A stretch of 64,000 nucleotides of DNA from Candidatus Altimarinota bacterium. GTDB taxonomy: Bacteria; Patescibacteriota; Gracilibacteria; UBA4473. Under the pieces are notes generated by a model, which made no database searches, was not told where the DNA came from, and saw only the letters and a program-made list of their open reading frames with translations. A program made the translations under genes and the position numbers. Shown here one piece after another: positions 20,453-31,282 of this stretch (position 1 is the first letter of the stretch; each line of letters starts with the position of its first letter). The stretch is taken from positions 1,088,001 to 1,152,000 of the forward strand of contig OZ246423.1 of the NCBI GenBank assembly GCA_965231215.1. The letters run 5' to 3'.

Positions 20453-20528
20453 TTTTTATCAGATTTGAACTTGAGTCATGAATAATTTTACAAGAAGTGA
20501 ATTTTTTTTAGAATTCGCCCGTTATTAA

Positions 20529-21575
<1,047 letters not shown>

Positions 21576-21615
21576 AAAAGGGTAAAAAATTTACCATTCT
21601 TTGTTAGCCAAAAAG

Positions 21616-21662
21616 ATCCTCAGACGTGTATGAAATAAAACCTTTGTCTCTGAGGATTTTTT
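21616..21662 (+). terminator. Probable ilvC terminator
   Basis: ATCCTCAGA...TCTGAGGAT followed by a T-run; the loop is long. Confidence 0.5.
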
Positions 21663-21848
21663 GTTTCCTTTAAATTTAGAGAAGCTAGTTGAAAAGGATT
21701 TATACCTTTAATTTTGCCTGTTTTTAAAAATATATAAAAAACATAAATCCAAAAAAGGTACTACTAGAAAAAGAATAAAAAAATTGTACATGATCAAAAA
21801 AAGTAATTTAATTATGGTTGAATAATTTTTGTGAACTCGAGCAAAAAA

Positions 21849-23168
21849 ATGAGACAACCCCTAATATTCACCTTCAGTTTAGCTTGCTTGGCTGTAGCTT
21901 TCACCGCTCAGGCTCAAGAGACTCATTTTGGTGATGTGAATGAGGATCTCTATTTTCCTAATGGAGTTCTTTTAGAAGGGACTAACTCTACGACGCCAGG
22001 AACGGCCAATATAGAGATCGGTGGATCGGGGACCCTTACTATAGGGAACCAAGCCGGGGGAGGTTTTCCTCGTCTTATGATTGTAGGAGGTACCAAAATC
22101 ACAAGTGTCAGAAGTTTTGCCCCAGAAGAAATTAATGTAACTACTTGGGATGGACAATTTACAGCCCCTGGGAGTTCGGTTAAGCCGAATTCAGATGAAA
22201 TAACTTTCAGCGGATATACTCCGTCTCCAGATGTTGAGGCGGTTGCGGCTTTTAATTGGGGACTAGCGAATGAAAAATTCACCTTTGCTCCTAAGGCCGA
22301 AGTAGCACTACCAGTAGATGAGCAAGATGGGCAGAAGTTATGGACTGCTTATGAAGCATCAGATGATTGGCAGGTGAAGTCTATTGAAGATTTTTGTATT
22401 GCTGATAAGGGGCTTTGTACGCTTTCGGTAGGAGATGTAAATAAGATTGCTTTGGTTAAAGAGAATTTTGATACCTGTCCTATTACAAATATCAGTAATG
22501 GGAGTGTGGGGAGTATTCCTAGTTGTGTAATTACATGTGACAGTGGGTATGAACTTAATAGTGAGGCCAATGGTTGTGAAACCATCTCTTTTGGAGACGG
22601 TGAAACGGCTTTTGATGATACTACTACTGAAACCGGGTTTACTGGGGATGACAACTTTTTGCCAACAGAATTTGTAGCGCCAGCTAAAGAATATGAATTC
22701 CCTCCAGGACACTTTAGATACAGAGCCTCTAGTGAAAAGTTTTATAGAATGCTTGACGAAGAGGGTTTGGATGAAACAGATCTAGAAGTTGTTCGACACC
22801 AAAATACAACTTACCTTTCACGAAATCCTCGCACAGCGGCTGAGCAGATTGCTGCACGTGAAGCTCGCGAAGGAAATAGAGGTGAGACTGCGGCTGAAAA
22901 AGATGGATTTATCAGCTATTTGATTGAAATGCGAAATAAATTTGGAGATAACGCTCAAGAAAACCACTTTACCGCTCTTAGTGATGAGGGAGGAGAGAGT
23001 CATGCTTCAGCTCCCGTTGACGGAGCCGGAGACGATGATGATGGAGACTACTATGCCGCTGGCGGCGGAAGCACTGGAGGACTACTCCCCAGTACTGGAC
23101 CCGGTATGTTCCTCGGAATTGCTGTGGTCGGATTTATGCTCATGCTTTTCGGAGCAAGAAGGAGCTAA
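21849..23168 (+). CDS. Secreted surface protein with Cys-rich module and C-terminal LPxTG-like anchor
   Basis: Signal peptide; CVITCDSGYELN...GC module; LPSTG + TM + RRS. Confidence 0.7.
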   Translation: MRQPLIFTFSLACLAVAFTAQAQETHFGDVNEDLYFPNGVLLEGTNSTTPGTANIEIGGSGTLTIGNQAGGGFPRLMIVGGTKITSVRSFAPEEINVTTWDGQFTAPGSSVKPNSDEITFSGYTPSPDVEAVAAFNWGLANEKFTFAPKAEVALPVDEQDGQKLWTAYEASDDWQVKSIEDFCIADKGLCTLSVGDVNKIALVKENFDTCPITNISNGSVGSIPSCVITCDSGYELNSEANGCETISFGDGETAFDDTTTETGFTGDDNFLPTEFVAPAKEYEFPPGHFRYRASSEKFYRMLDEEGLDETDLEVVRHQNTTYLSRNPRTAAEQIAAREAREGNRGETAAEKDGFISYLIEMRNKFGDNAQENHFTALSDEGGESHASAPVDGAGDDDDGDYYAAGGGSTGGLLPSTGPGMFLGIAVVGFMLMLFGARRS

Positions 23169-23213
23169 TTAACTATTGCTATAATTGATTTCTGGATATT
23201 TTGTGGGTCCAAT

Positions 23214-23238
23214 TACCCTCCGCTTGCGGGGGGTTTTT
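23214..23238 (+). terminator. Intrinsic terminator
   Basis: ACCCTCCGC-TT-GCGGGGGGT followed by a T-run. Confidence 0.6.
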
Positions 23239-23364
23239 GGTAAAGTATGGGCTGGAGGTTTTACCTCCCCCCAGGAGCCCCCCACCAAGAAGGAGCTCAC
23301 TTAATTTAAGGAAATCACAAGACCTTAAATTAGTTTGCGGTTTAAATATAGGTTTAAGAAGTTT

Positions 23365-24441
23365 TTAGATATAGGAACAAATCTTATCACCCATCTCATT
23401 ACAACTGAGTTTGGTTTCACCTTCTTTGTTGGCAAAGATGTCGCCGGTTCGGAATCCGTCTTTTATGGTTGATTTAATAGCGTTATCAATGGCGTCAGCT
23501 TCGGTGTGAAGATCAAAAGAATGTCTGAGCATCATGCTAGCAGACATAATCTGAGCGATAGGATTAGCAATATTCTTGCCAGCAATGTCTGGAGCAGAAC
23601 CTCCTGAAGGTTCATAAAGGTGAATCTTTTCTCCAAAGCTCGCAGAACCGAGCATCCCTAAACTTCCAGGGAAAACACTCGTAAGATCACTTATAATATC
23701 TCCAAACAGGTTAGGGCAGGCGAGTACATCAAATTGGCGAGGCCATTTTACGAGCTGCTGTACGGCATTATCTACATACAAACTTTGAAATTGTATCTCT
23801 GGCCAGTTTTTAGATTCTGCTTCAAACACTTCTCGCCACAAACGAGACGTCTCAAGGACGTTAGCTTTGTCGATGGAGTGTAGGACCTTTTTTCTTTTTT
23901 GAGCCGCCTCAAACGACGCTCTAGCTATTTTTTGTATAGTGGTTCTGTCATAGGTTGAAGTATCTAGAGCCAAGTCTTCTGTGGGACGTCTATGTTCTCC
24001 AAAATAAATTCCACCAGAAAGTTCTCTTATGACTAAAATTTCAAAGCTGTCTTCCCCAATAATGTCTTTTCTAAGAGGACAAAATTCATTGAGTTCTTTG
24101 AATACAGGAGCCGGTCTGAGGTTGATTGACGCTCCGATAAATTTTCGGATGGCTAAGATTGAGTTTTTTTCACAGTCCATCCATTGAGGCTCAAATTGGG
24201 CTTCTACTGGCCCACCAACAGAGCCAAAGAGTACCGCATCGGATTGGTTTACGAGGGCTTTAGTTGCTTCTGGAAAGTGGTTTTGATGCTTGGGCCAAGC
24301 CGCACCACCAATCAGTCCATGATTAATTTCAAAACTATGTCCATATTTTATTTCGATTCTTTGTAAAACCTTTACGGCCTCAGCGCAGACTTCTTCTCCG
24401 ATACCGTCTCCGGGGAGTAGGGCAATTTTGTAGCTTTTCAT
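23365..24441 (-). CDS. leuB: 3-isopropylmalate dehydrogenase
   Basis: GDGIGEEV, DKANVL, NLFGDIISD, GGSAPDIAGK. Confidence 0.96.
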   Translation of the reverse strand: MKSYKIALLPGDGIGEEVCAEAVKVLQRIEIKYGHSFEINHGLIGGAAWPKHQNHFPEATKALVNQSDAVLFGSVGGPVEAQFEPQWMDCEKNSILAIRKFIGASINLRPAPVFKELNEFCPLRKDIIGEDSFEILVIRELSGGIYFGEHRRPTEDLALDTSTYDRTTIQKIARASFEAAQKRKKVLHSIDKANVLETSRLWREVFEAESKNWPEIQFQSLYVDNAVQQLVKWPRQFDVLACPNLFGDIISDLTSVFPGSLGMLGSASFGEKIHLYEPSGGSAPDIAGKNIANPIAQIMSASMMLRHSFDLHTEADAIDNAIKSTIKDGFRTGDIFANKEGETKLSCNEMGDKICSYI

Positions 24442-24482
24442 GTGGTGCGATTGTAAAAAAATTTATATAATCATCAACAGTT

Positions 24483-24890
24483 ATGAAAAAATCTAAAAAT
24501 CATATTCGGGGGTTTAAAGTACTTTCGGTGTTCGCTTTTTTTCTGCATCTCTGTATTGTGATTTTATTTTTTAGTTCGCCGTTTTTGCCTTTTTGGTGGC
24601 AAATAACATTTTTAGTTTTGGGCGTGGTAACACTGCCTCTTCGAATTCTGTTTTTTGAGGGGAAATGCCCCTTTACTGGGTGGGAGAGGTATTGTCGTAG
24701 AGAAGCCGGGGATATGAAGGCCAAAATTCACACACACACTTTTATGGAGGCTTATTTTGGTATGCCAGATGCTGTTTTCAAAAAAGTTGAAAAAAGTATC
24801 ATGGGACTTTTGGTCATCACGATACTTTTTTATATTTTTATGGGACAAAGTTTGTGGCAGTGGTGTTTTACCGCTCTTGTCCAAACATAA
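24483..24890 (+). CDS. Small membrane protein (DUF2784-like)
   Basis: LH...TM...CPFTGWE motif. Confidence 0.55.
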   Translation: MKKSKNHIRGFKVLSVFAFFLHLCIVILFFSSPFLPFWWQITFLVLGVVTLPLRILFFEGKCPFTGWERYCRREAGDMKAKIHTHTFMEAYFGMPDAVFKKVEKSIMGLLVITILFYIFMGQSLWQWCFTALVQT

Positions 24891-25890
24891 CGACCCAATA
24901 AGCTCCTTTGTAGTAGGTTCCCTTGGTCACCGGTTGACGGCCAATACCTACTTCCAGAAAGTTTGGGTTCATTACATCTTTCCATTGATTTTCAGAACCT
25001 CTCCATTTGGTGATCAAACCAGCAGGGGAGTAATCACCCACAGTAGTATTTTCTCCTAAAGCCATATAGTCATAGTCTACTTCTCGAGCTCGGTCAGCGA
25101 CTTTTTTGCCTTGTGGATCAATATAATGGAAAAATTCTTCCTCGTTCATTCGTTCAGAATAGTACTGCGAAGCCGCTTCTAGCTTTACGTCTCGTTTAAA
25201 ACTTGGAAGATTGTTGGCACGACGTACTTGGTTGAGCAATAAAAAGAACTTGTCTTTGTACGGATCAATACCTTCGAGTGAGGCATAAGATCGGAAATTA
25301 AATTCTCTTGAAGGCTTGTCGGTTCGATTAGTCATAATCCGGAAGATGAGTTCCGCCATTTCTCCTCGAGTGATGGCTTTTTCAACTTTGTCGATGTCAA
25401 AAGGAATAGCCCTTCTGTCAGACAAAATCTGTACAAAGGGGGCATACCAAGGCTGGAGCTCTTCTAGAGGGAGGTTAAAGCTCTGGGCGATAATTTTAGC
25501 CGCTTCACTAAAGATAATATTTTGTCCTGGTTTGAAGGTTCCGTCTGGGTATCCATCTACGATCCCTTCACTTTTGGCCACGCAAATGTAAGGCGCAAAC
25601 CAGGCATTTTTAGGAACATCGGTAAAACTAAAGCTATTTAGATTACAGGTATCTATTTCTAGCTGATTAAACTGACTAGCTACCAAAATTTTAGTAAATT
25701 CGGCCCGGTTAATATTGTTTTTGGGGCGGTAGTAGCCGTCTTTATAACCTTCTACCACGGCCTTACTTTTGAGATAAGAAACCGATTCGCTGTAAATATT
25801 GTTTCGGCTGACATCTGGAAAACTCGCACTTTGGGCGAGGGCTAAAAATGGAAAGACTAACACCGACAGCCCAAAGATTATTTGTTTCAT
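24868..25890 (-). CDS. S-layer homology (SLH) + CAP-domain protein
   Basis: Signal peptide; GYKDG..INRAEF, TRGEMA SLH repeats; C-terminal GEN...EVGIG...YWVVMFG. Confidence 0.88.
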   Translation of the reverse strand: MKQIIFGLSVLVFPFLALAQSASFPDVSRNNIYSESVSYLKSKAVVEGYKDGYYRPKNNINRAEFTKILVASQFNQLEIDTCNLNSFSFTDVPKNAWFAPYICVAKSEGIVDGYPDGTFKPGQNIIFSEAAKIIAQSFNLPLEELQPWYAPFVQILSDRRAIPFDIDKVEKAITRGEMAELIFRIMTNRTDKPSREFNFRSYASLEGIDPYKDKFFLLLNQVRRANNLPSFKRDVKLEAASQYYSERMNEEEFFHYIDPQGKKVADRAREVDYDYMALGENTTVGDYSPAGLITKWRGSENQWKDVMNPNFLEVGIGRQPVTKGTYYKGAYWVVMFGQER

Positions 25891-25921
25891 TTTTTTTTAG
25901 ATTGTATACCAAGTTAAAAAT

Positions 25922-26956
25922 TTATTCCATTGGGGTTCCAAAAACCTGAACCCAAATAAAACCTGCATATCGAGGATCATTGGTTTCCTGAACTTTGCCT
26001 ATCCCTATTTCTTTATATTCGGATTTGATAATGTTGCCCCAATGAGGAGGCGATTTTTTCCAGGTATCAAAGACTTCTTGAGCCGTTACTTGCCCCTTGG
26101 CGATATTTTCACCAACAAACCTATAGCGATATCCGGCGTCTCGGACTCTATCGCTAGGAGTAGAACCTTCTGGGCCAATATGGTCAAAGAAGTTTTCATC
26201 ATCCATAAGTTGGGCAAACTCTTGGGCTACTTCTTGGAGCACTGGATTAAAGGTTAATGGAGCCGCCCCTAAATCCTTTCTGGCTTCGTTTACTAAATCC
26301 AATACGTCTTCAATATGGGCACTACCATCAGGAACATTTGGATCTCTCGGTTTTATTTCAATTTCTGGAGTGGCATTAAATTCAAAGAGGCTAGCCGGTT
26401 TGTTCTGAGTATTGGTTTTAACTCGGAAAATAAGCTCAGCCATTTCGCCTCTAGTGATGGTTTTGTCTACCTTGGTAATACTTTGAGGAATGGCTTTGGC
26501 GTCAGAAAGGCTTTTGACGTAAGGCGCATACCAAGGCTCTCTACGTTGAGTAGCGAGACTGAAACTCTCTACAATAATTTTAGCGGCTTCCGTAAAAAGT
26601 ATGTTATTGGCCGGATCAAACGTCCCATTTGGGTAGCCTTCTATAAGGCCCTGTTTTTTAGCTATACAAATGTAAGGGGCAAACCAGGCTTGACTGGGAA
26701 CATCCTCAAAGGTGTATTTTTGAGTGTCACATTCACGGATGGAGTTATCTGCAAATCTAGAATGCATTATAATTTTGGTAAATTCAGCTCGATTAATGGA
26801 GGCGTTTGGCCGAAAGGTGCCATCAGGATATCCGCTTATAATTTCTAACTTCCTTAAATGTTCAATAGCTTCCCCAAAAGGCAGCGCATCAACATCACTA
26901 AAATTAGCATGAGCCAAAAGGGGAAATCCGAGAATAAGGAGTAGAAGTTTTTTCAT
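25922..26956 (-). CDS. SLH + CAP-domain protein (tandem paralog)
   Basis: GYPDGTFRP..INRAEF; FFDH, GENIAKG, SPPHWGNI, WVQVFG. Confidence 0.9.
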   Translation of the reverse strand: MKKLLLLILGFPLLAHANFSDVDALPFGEAIEHLRKLEIISGYPDGTFRPNASINRAEFTKIIMHSRFADNSIRECDTQKYTFEDVPSQAWFAPYICIAKKQGLIEGYPNGTFDPANNILFTEAAKIIVESFSLATQRREPWYAPYVKSLSDAKAIPQSITKVDKTITRGEMAELIFRVKTNTQNKPASLFEFNATPEIEIKPRDPNVPDGSAHIEDVLDLVNEARKDLGAAPLTFNPVLQEVAQEFAQLMDDENFFDHIGPEGSTPSDRVRDAGYRYRFVGENIAKGQVTAQEVFDTWKKSPPHWGNIIKSEYKEIGIGKVQETNDPRYAGFIWVQVFGTPME

Positions 26957-27022
26957 TTTTTTCCATAGGCTCTTTTTTTGAGAAGCCGATAAATAAACAA
27001 ATCTAGGATATAAGTTTGCCAG

Positions 27023-27042
27023 ATTCTGGACAAGCCAGAATA
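27023..27042 (-). repeat. 20-bp palindromic element abutting the leuD stop
   Basis: ATTCTGGACAAGCCAGAATA, identical to 29601-29620. Confidence 0.85.
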
Positions 27043-27669
27043 TTAGAGACCAAAAGCCTTTTGCTGGTCATCAAAATGGTGAATTTTTGGCTGAAACTCT
27101 AAAAGGTAGTCCATATCAGAAAGCCCCTCAAGGAGTCGTTTTTTGCTAAACTCAGAAATTTCAAATTTATAGAGAGTTTCATCACTATCGGTTACGGTTT
27201 GAGTTTGGAGATCCACCGATAACCTTTCTCCAGATTTGAGAAATTTTTGGACTACGGCTTCAGGCAATACTACTGGTAGAATACCGTTTTTTTCAGCATT
27301 CCCTTTAAAGATATCAGCAAAGTCAGAAGCAATAATTACATCGATCCCCGCATCTTTGAGTCCCCAGGGGGCATGTTCACGACTGGAACCACATCCAAAG
27401 TTTTGTCCCGCTACCAAAATGCTTTGCCCACTGAATTGTGGGAAATTCGGATCACTTTTTCTAAGATTAAAAAATACGTGTTTTCCCAGGCCTTCTTTGG
27501 TAGTTACCTTTAGAAACTGAGCGGGCATGATCATATCCGTATCAATGTCTTTGATAGAGAGACAGATAGTTTCGGCTTGGTATTTTTTAAATTCCATTGA
27601 GGCCTCTGCCTCTACGTTTTGATGAGTAGATTTATGTCCTTGAGTGGAGTCAAATAAGTGATTATTCAT
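27043..27669 (-). CDS. leuD: 3-isopropylmalate dehydratase small subunit
   Basis: DIDTDMIMPAQFL, NFGCGSSREHAPW, FADIF. Confidence 0.96.
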   Translation of the reverse strand: MNNHLFDSTQGHKSTHQNVEAEASMEFKKYQAETICLSIKDIDTDMIMPAQFLKVTTKEGLGKHVFFNLRKSDPNFPQFSGQSILVAGQNFGCGSSREHAPWGLKDAGIDVIIASDFADIFKGNAEKNGILPVVLPEAVVQKFLKSGERLSVDLQTQTVTDSDETLYKFEISEFSKKRLLEGLSDMDYLLEFQPKIHHFDDQQKAFGL

Positions 27670-27672
27670 ACT

Positions 27673-29070
27673 CTAAAAGAAATCATCTGGGTCAGTAATT
27701 TTTCCAGTTACAGCGGCTATGGCCACCATCTTGGGGCTCATCAAGTGCGTGAAGCTCCCTTGCCCTTGTCGACCAACAAAGTTTCGGTTCGAGGTTGAGG
27801 CGCATCTAGATCCTGCTGGCACGGCATCGCCGTTCATGGCAATACACATAGAGCATCCAGAACCCCGGACCATAGCTCCGGCTTTTTGAAAAATTTCAAC
27901 AAGGCCTTCAGCTTCACATTGAGCTCGAACTTTTTCCGAGCCTGGAACCACGAACGCCTTTACCCCTTCAGCTACAGAGTTGGTAGCCAGGATCTCAGCG
28001 ACAGCTCGCATATCTTCAATGCGGGAGTTGGTGCAGCTGCCCATAAAGGCATAATCAATGGGAGTATCTTTAATAGGAGTACCCATTCTAAGGCCATTGT
28101 ATTTAAGTGATTTTTCAGCGGCTAAGATTTTGGCTTCATCGCCGATTTCTGCAGCTGTAGGAATATTTTGAGTCACCTCTATGCCTTGTTCAGGATTCGT
28201 GCCCCAGGTGACAAATGGATGCCTTCCTTCTAAATCAATTTTTATAATCGTGTCGTATTCAGCGTCTTGATCTGAAGTCCAGATAGACCATCTTTTAACT
28301 TCTTGATCAAAATTTTTATTCACAAATTCTCTGTCTTTTAAATATTCAAAAGTCTTTTCATCTGGACTGACAATCCCAAATCTACCACCGGCTTCAATAC
28401 TCATATTGCACATGGTCATTCGGCCTTCCATCGAGAGGGCTTTAATGTAGTCACCACAAAATTCCATAGCATGGCCATTAGCCCCTTGGATTCCAATCTG
28501 GGCAATCAAAGCTAAAATAGCATCTTTAGCGGTGAAATGTTTGGTAGGGGTTCCGCTGAATTCCACTTTCATCGTTTTTGGTCGATCCAACAGCAAAGTC
28601 TGTGTAGCCATTACATGTCCAATCTGAGTAGTTCCAATACCAAAAGCTAAGGCCCCGAAGGCTCCGTGAGTAGAAGTATGACTGTCTCCGCACACGATAG
28701 TGCGTCCCGGTTGAGTTAGGCCTAATTCGGGTCCAATCACATGAACAATTCCCTGGGAGCCAGATCCAAAGTCAAAGAGAGGAATCTCAAACTCTTTGCA
28801 GTTAGCCCTCAGTTTGTCTACTTGGGCTTTGGCCTGGTTGTCCACGTAGGCTTTTCGAGTCTTGTCAGTAGGCACCGAGTGATCAAGGGTTGCAAAGTTC
28901 CTATGAGGGCAGGCAAATTTGGTAATACCTCGTTTTCGAAGCCCCTCAAAAGCCTGAGGACTAGTCACTTCATGAATGAGCTGTAGATCAATAAAAAACA
29001 CGTCTGGTGCGCCGGCTTCATGATGCACTTGGTGTGCCTCCCAAATCTTATCAATAATGTTCTGTTTCAT
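27673..29070 (-). CDS. leuC: 3-isopropylmalate dehydratase large subunit
   Basis: HEVTSPQAF, CGDSHTSTHGA, GSCTNSRIED, CSMC, STSNRNF. Confidence 0.97.
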   Translation of the reverse strand: MKQNIIDKIWEAHQVHHEAGAPDVFFIDLQLIHEVTSPQAFEGLRKRGITKFACPHRNFATLDHSVPTDKTRKAYVDNQAKAQVDKLRANCKEFEIPLFDFGSGSQGIVHVIGPELGLTQPGRTIVCGDSHTSTHGAFGALAFGIGTTQIGHVMATQTLLLDRPKTMKVEFSGTPTKHFTAKDAILALIAQIGIQGANGHAMEFCGDYIKALSMEGRMTMCNMSIEAGGRFGIVSPDEKTFEYLKDREFVNKNFDQEVKRWSIWTSDQDAEYDTIIKIDLEGRHPFVTWGTNPEQGIEVTQNIPTAAEIGDEAKILAAEKSLKYNGLRMGTPIKDTPIDYAFMGSCTNSRIEDMRAVAEILATNSVAEGVKAFVVPGSEKVRAQCEAEGLVEIFQKAGAMVRGSGCSMCIAMNGDAVPAGSRCASTSNRNFVGRQGQGSFTHLMSPKMVAIAAVTGKITDPDDFF

Positions 29071-29244
29071 TAGCTCAAATAATGTAGGGAATTTTGCGGT
29101 TTTGGGAAGGTGATATAAAGAGAAATAAAGTTTATTTAATAGCAGATTTGGCGGTAAGAGGTAGAGAGTTACCTAACTTTGTTTGGACGCAGATTTAAAG
29201 CCTGGGGTACCTGAAACTAAATCACGTTGAGGGAAAGCCCCTGA

Positions 29245-29574
29245 CTACTCCCAAAATTTCCACTGATCAAATCGCACATTTTGAAATGGGGCGAGCGTTT
29301 CTTTTACCGTACTGAACTGATCACTAATAGAGGTTTTTACACCGTTAATTTGTTGATTCACAGCATCGAGTGAAGTCTGAATCGCTTGTACTATTTCCCA
29401 TACCTGCCAGAGCACGTAACCAATAATTGCCAAAAATATAAACGTCCATAAATTACTAAAAATCCAGCTAATCAAGCTTTTATAAAACGGTGGATGAACG
29501 GCTCTATCAATATCTTCTAGCCGGCTCATGATGTAGTCGAGTTTTTGTTCTACGGTTTTTGGTTTTCTAGCCAT
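29245..29574 (-). CDS. Hypothetical single-TM coiled-coil protein
   Basis: 109 aa with one central TM, between leuA and leuC. Confidence 0.7.
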   Translation of the reverse strand: MARKPKTVEQKLDYIMSRLEDIDRAVHPPFYKSLISWIFSNLWTFIFLAIIGYVLWQVWEIVQAIQTSLDAVNQQINGVKTSISDQFSTVKETLAPFQNVRFDQWKFWE

Positions 29575-29600
29575 CGGTATTTAGGATAGTAAATGATCTA

Positions 29601-29620
29601 ATTCTGGACAAGCCAGAATA
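29601..29620 (-). repeat. 20-bp palindromic element 1 bp after the leuA stop
   Basis: ATTCTGGACAAGCCAGAATA. Confidence 0.85.
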
Positions 29621-29621
29621 A

Positions 29622-31145
29622 CTATTGTTTGGCTAAAAGGGCTTTATTAACAACTTCAAGATACGCCAGGATAGCGGCTTTTACAATATCTTCATTTCCG
29701 GCTCGGCCAGTAATCACGTGTCCATTTTTATGTTCTATCCGAACACTAACAACGGCTTGAGCATCAATACCAGAGGTTACGGCATCCATAGTAAATTCAG
29801 TGAGTTTTCCGTGATCGCCACAAATATCTTTAATGCAAGCGTAGGCTCCATCTACCATCCCAGTGCCCTCATGACGAGTAGTTTGGGTTTTGCCTGATTT
29901 TAAATTTTTAAGCGTGACTTCAGCAAAGGGTTTGTCCCTATCTCCAGAACCAACCGCAAAGGCTTCAAGCTCCCAAATATGGTTCTTATGCGCTTCTTCA
30001 CCCATCACTAAGATCATCAAGTCTGAGTCTGATATTTCTTTTTTCTTATCAGCGAGGGCTTTAAATTCTGTAAAAATTTCATTGAGCTGAGTTTCATTGA
30101 GTTGGTAGCCAAGTGCTTTGAGTCTATCGGCCAGGGCGGCGCGCCCAGAGTGTTTTCCTAATACCATTTCGGTCTTTTCTGCGCCGACAGATTCAGGTGT
30201 CATTATTTCATAAGTTTCTCGATTAGCTAAGATTCCGTGTTGATGAATGCCCGCCTCATGAGCAAAAGCATTGCGTCCAACAATAGCTTTGTTAGCCTGA
30301 ACTTTTTGTCCGGTAATCTGCTCAAGCAGTTTAGAAGTTTGATATATCTCAGGGCTTTTAATTCCAGTTTTAATATTATAAAAATCTTTACGAGTTTGTA
30401 GTGCCATTACGACTTCCTCGAGTGAAGCGTTCCCAGCTCGTTCACCGATTCCATTGATAGTACATTCTATTTGCCTCGCTCCATTTTGGACTCCGGCTAG
30501 GCTGTTGGCTACCGCTAAACCTAAGTCATTGTGGCAGTGCGTAGACCAAATGGCTTTATCTGAGTTTGGTACTTGTTTGATCAAGTAGGCTATAAGATCT
30601 CCAAACTCATCTGGGGTAAGATAGCCAACAGTGTCTGGAATATTTATGGTATCGGCTCCAGCCTCGATAGCAGCCGTCAAAACCTTCACTAAAAAATCCC
30701 TATCAGATCGGCTCCCGTCTTCGGGTGAAAAATCGACTCTATCGCATAAAGATTTGGCCAATTTCACCCCTTTAACGGCCATCTCTAGGACTGCTTCTGG
30801 CGATTTTTTCAATTTATATTCCATATGAATAGGGCTGGTAGCAATAAACGTATGGATACGTGGCTTTTCGGCTAATTTTATCGCGTCAGCTGTGGCTTTT
30901 ATATCGTTTTCCATGGCTCGAGCCAGTCCACAAACTTCAGATTTTTTTACCACTTTGGCAATACGTTCCACAGCCGTGAAGTCATCAGGACTGGCCGCGG
31001 GAAATCCAGCCTCCATAACATCTACCCCAAGGCGCTCAAGCTGTAGGGCGAGACGAATTTTTTCTTCAATGTTCATAGAAAATCCAGGAGATTGTTCCCC
31101 GTCTCGAAGAGTTGTATCGAAAATTTTTACGTAGTTTGGGTTCAT
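29622..31145 (-). CDS. leuA: 2-isopropylmalate synthase
   Basis: [33 protein letters not shown]; C-terminal regulatory domain. Confidence 0.97.
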   Translation of the reverse strand: MNPNYVKIFDTTLRDGEQSPGFSMNIEEKIRLALQLERLGVDVMEAGFPAASPDDFTAVERIAKVVKKSEVCGLARAMENDIKATADAIKLAEKPRIHTFIATSPIHMEYKLKKSPEAVLEMAVKGVKLAKSLCDRVDFSPEDGSRSDRDFLVKVLTAAIEAGADTINIPDTVGYLTPDEFGDLIAYLIKQVPNSDKAIWSTHCHNDLGLAVANSLAGVQNGARQIECTINGIGERAGNASLEEVVMALQTRKDFYNIKTGIKSPEIYQTSKLLEQITGQKVQANKAIVGRNAFAHEAGIHQHGILANRETYEIMTPESVGAEKTEMVLGKHSGRAALADRLKALGYQLNETQLNEIFTEFKALADKKKEISDSDLMILVMGEEAHKNHIWELEAFAVGSGDRDKPFAEVTLKNLKSGKTQTTRHEGTGMVDGAYACIKDICGDHGKLTEFTMDAVTSGIDAQAVVSVRIEHKNGHVITGRAGNEDIVKAAILAYLEVVNKALLAKQ

Positions 31146-31157
31146 ATTTTAATTTTT

Positions 31158-31190
31158 AAAAAAAACAGCTCTGAGTTTTGCTCGAGCTGT
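31158..31190 (-). terminator. Attenuator terminator upstream of leuA
   Basis: ACAGCTC-GAGCAAAACTCA-GAGCTGT followed by a U-run, ending 12 nt before the leuA ATG. Confidence 0.85.
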
Positions 31191-31217
31191 CTAGTAATTT
31201 GAAAAATTTTTTCACAC

Positions 31218-31271
31218 CTAAACCGCTCGAATTTCGAGAGTAAGCAGCAGGAGCAGAGAAAAGTTTTTCAT
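31218..31271 (-). CDS. leuL: leu leader (attenuator) peptide MKNFSLLLLLTLEIRAV
   Basis: ATG AAA AAC TTT TCT CTG CTC CTG CTG CTT ACT CTC GAA ATT CGA GCG GTT TAG; five tandem Leu codons ahead of antiterminator and terminator. Confidence 0.85.
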   Translation of the reverse strand: MKNFSLLLLLTLEIRAV

Positions 31272-31282
31272 TTAGCTCAACG

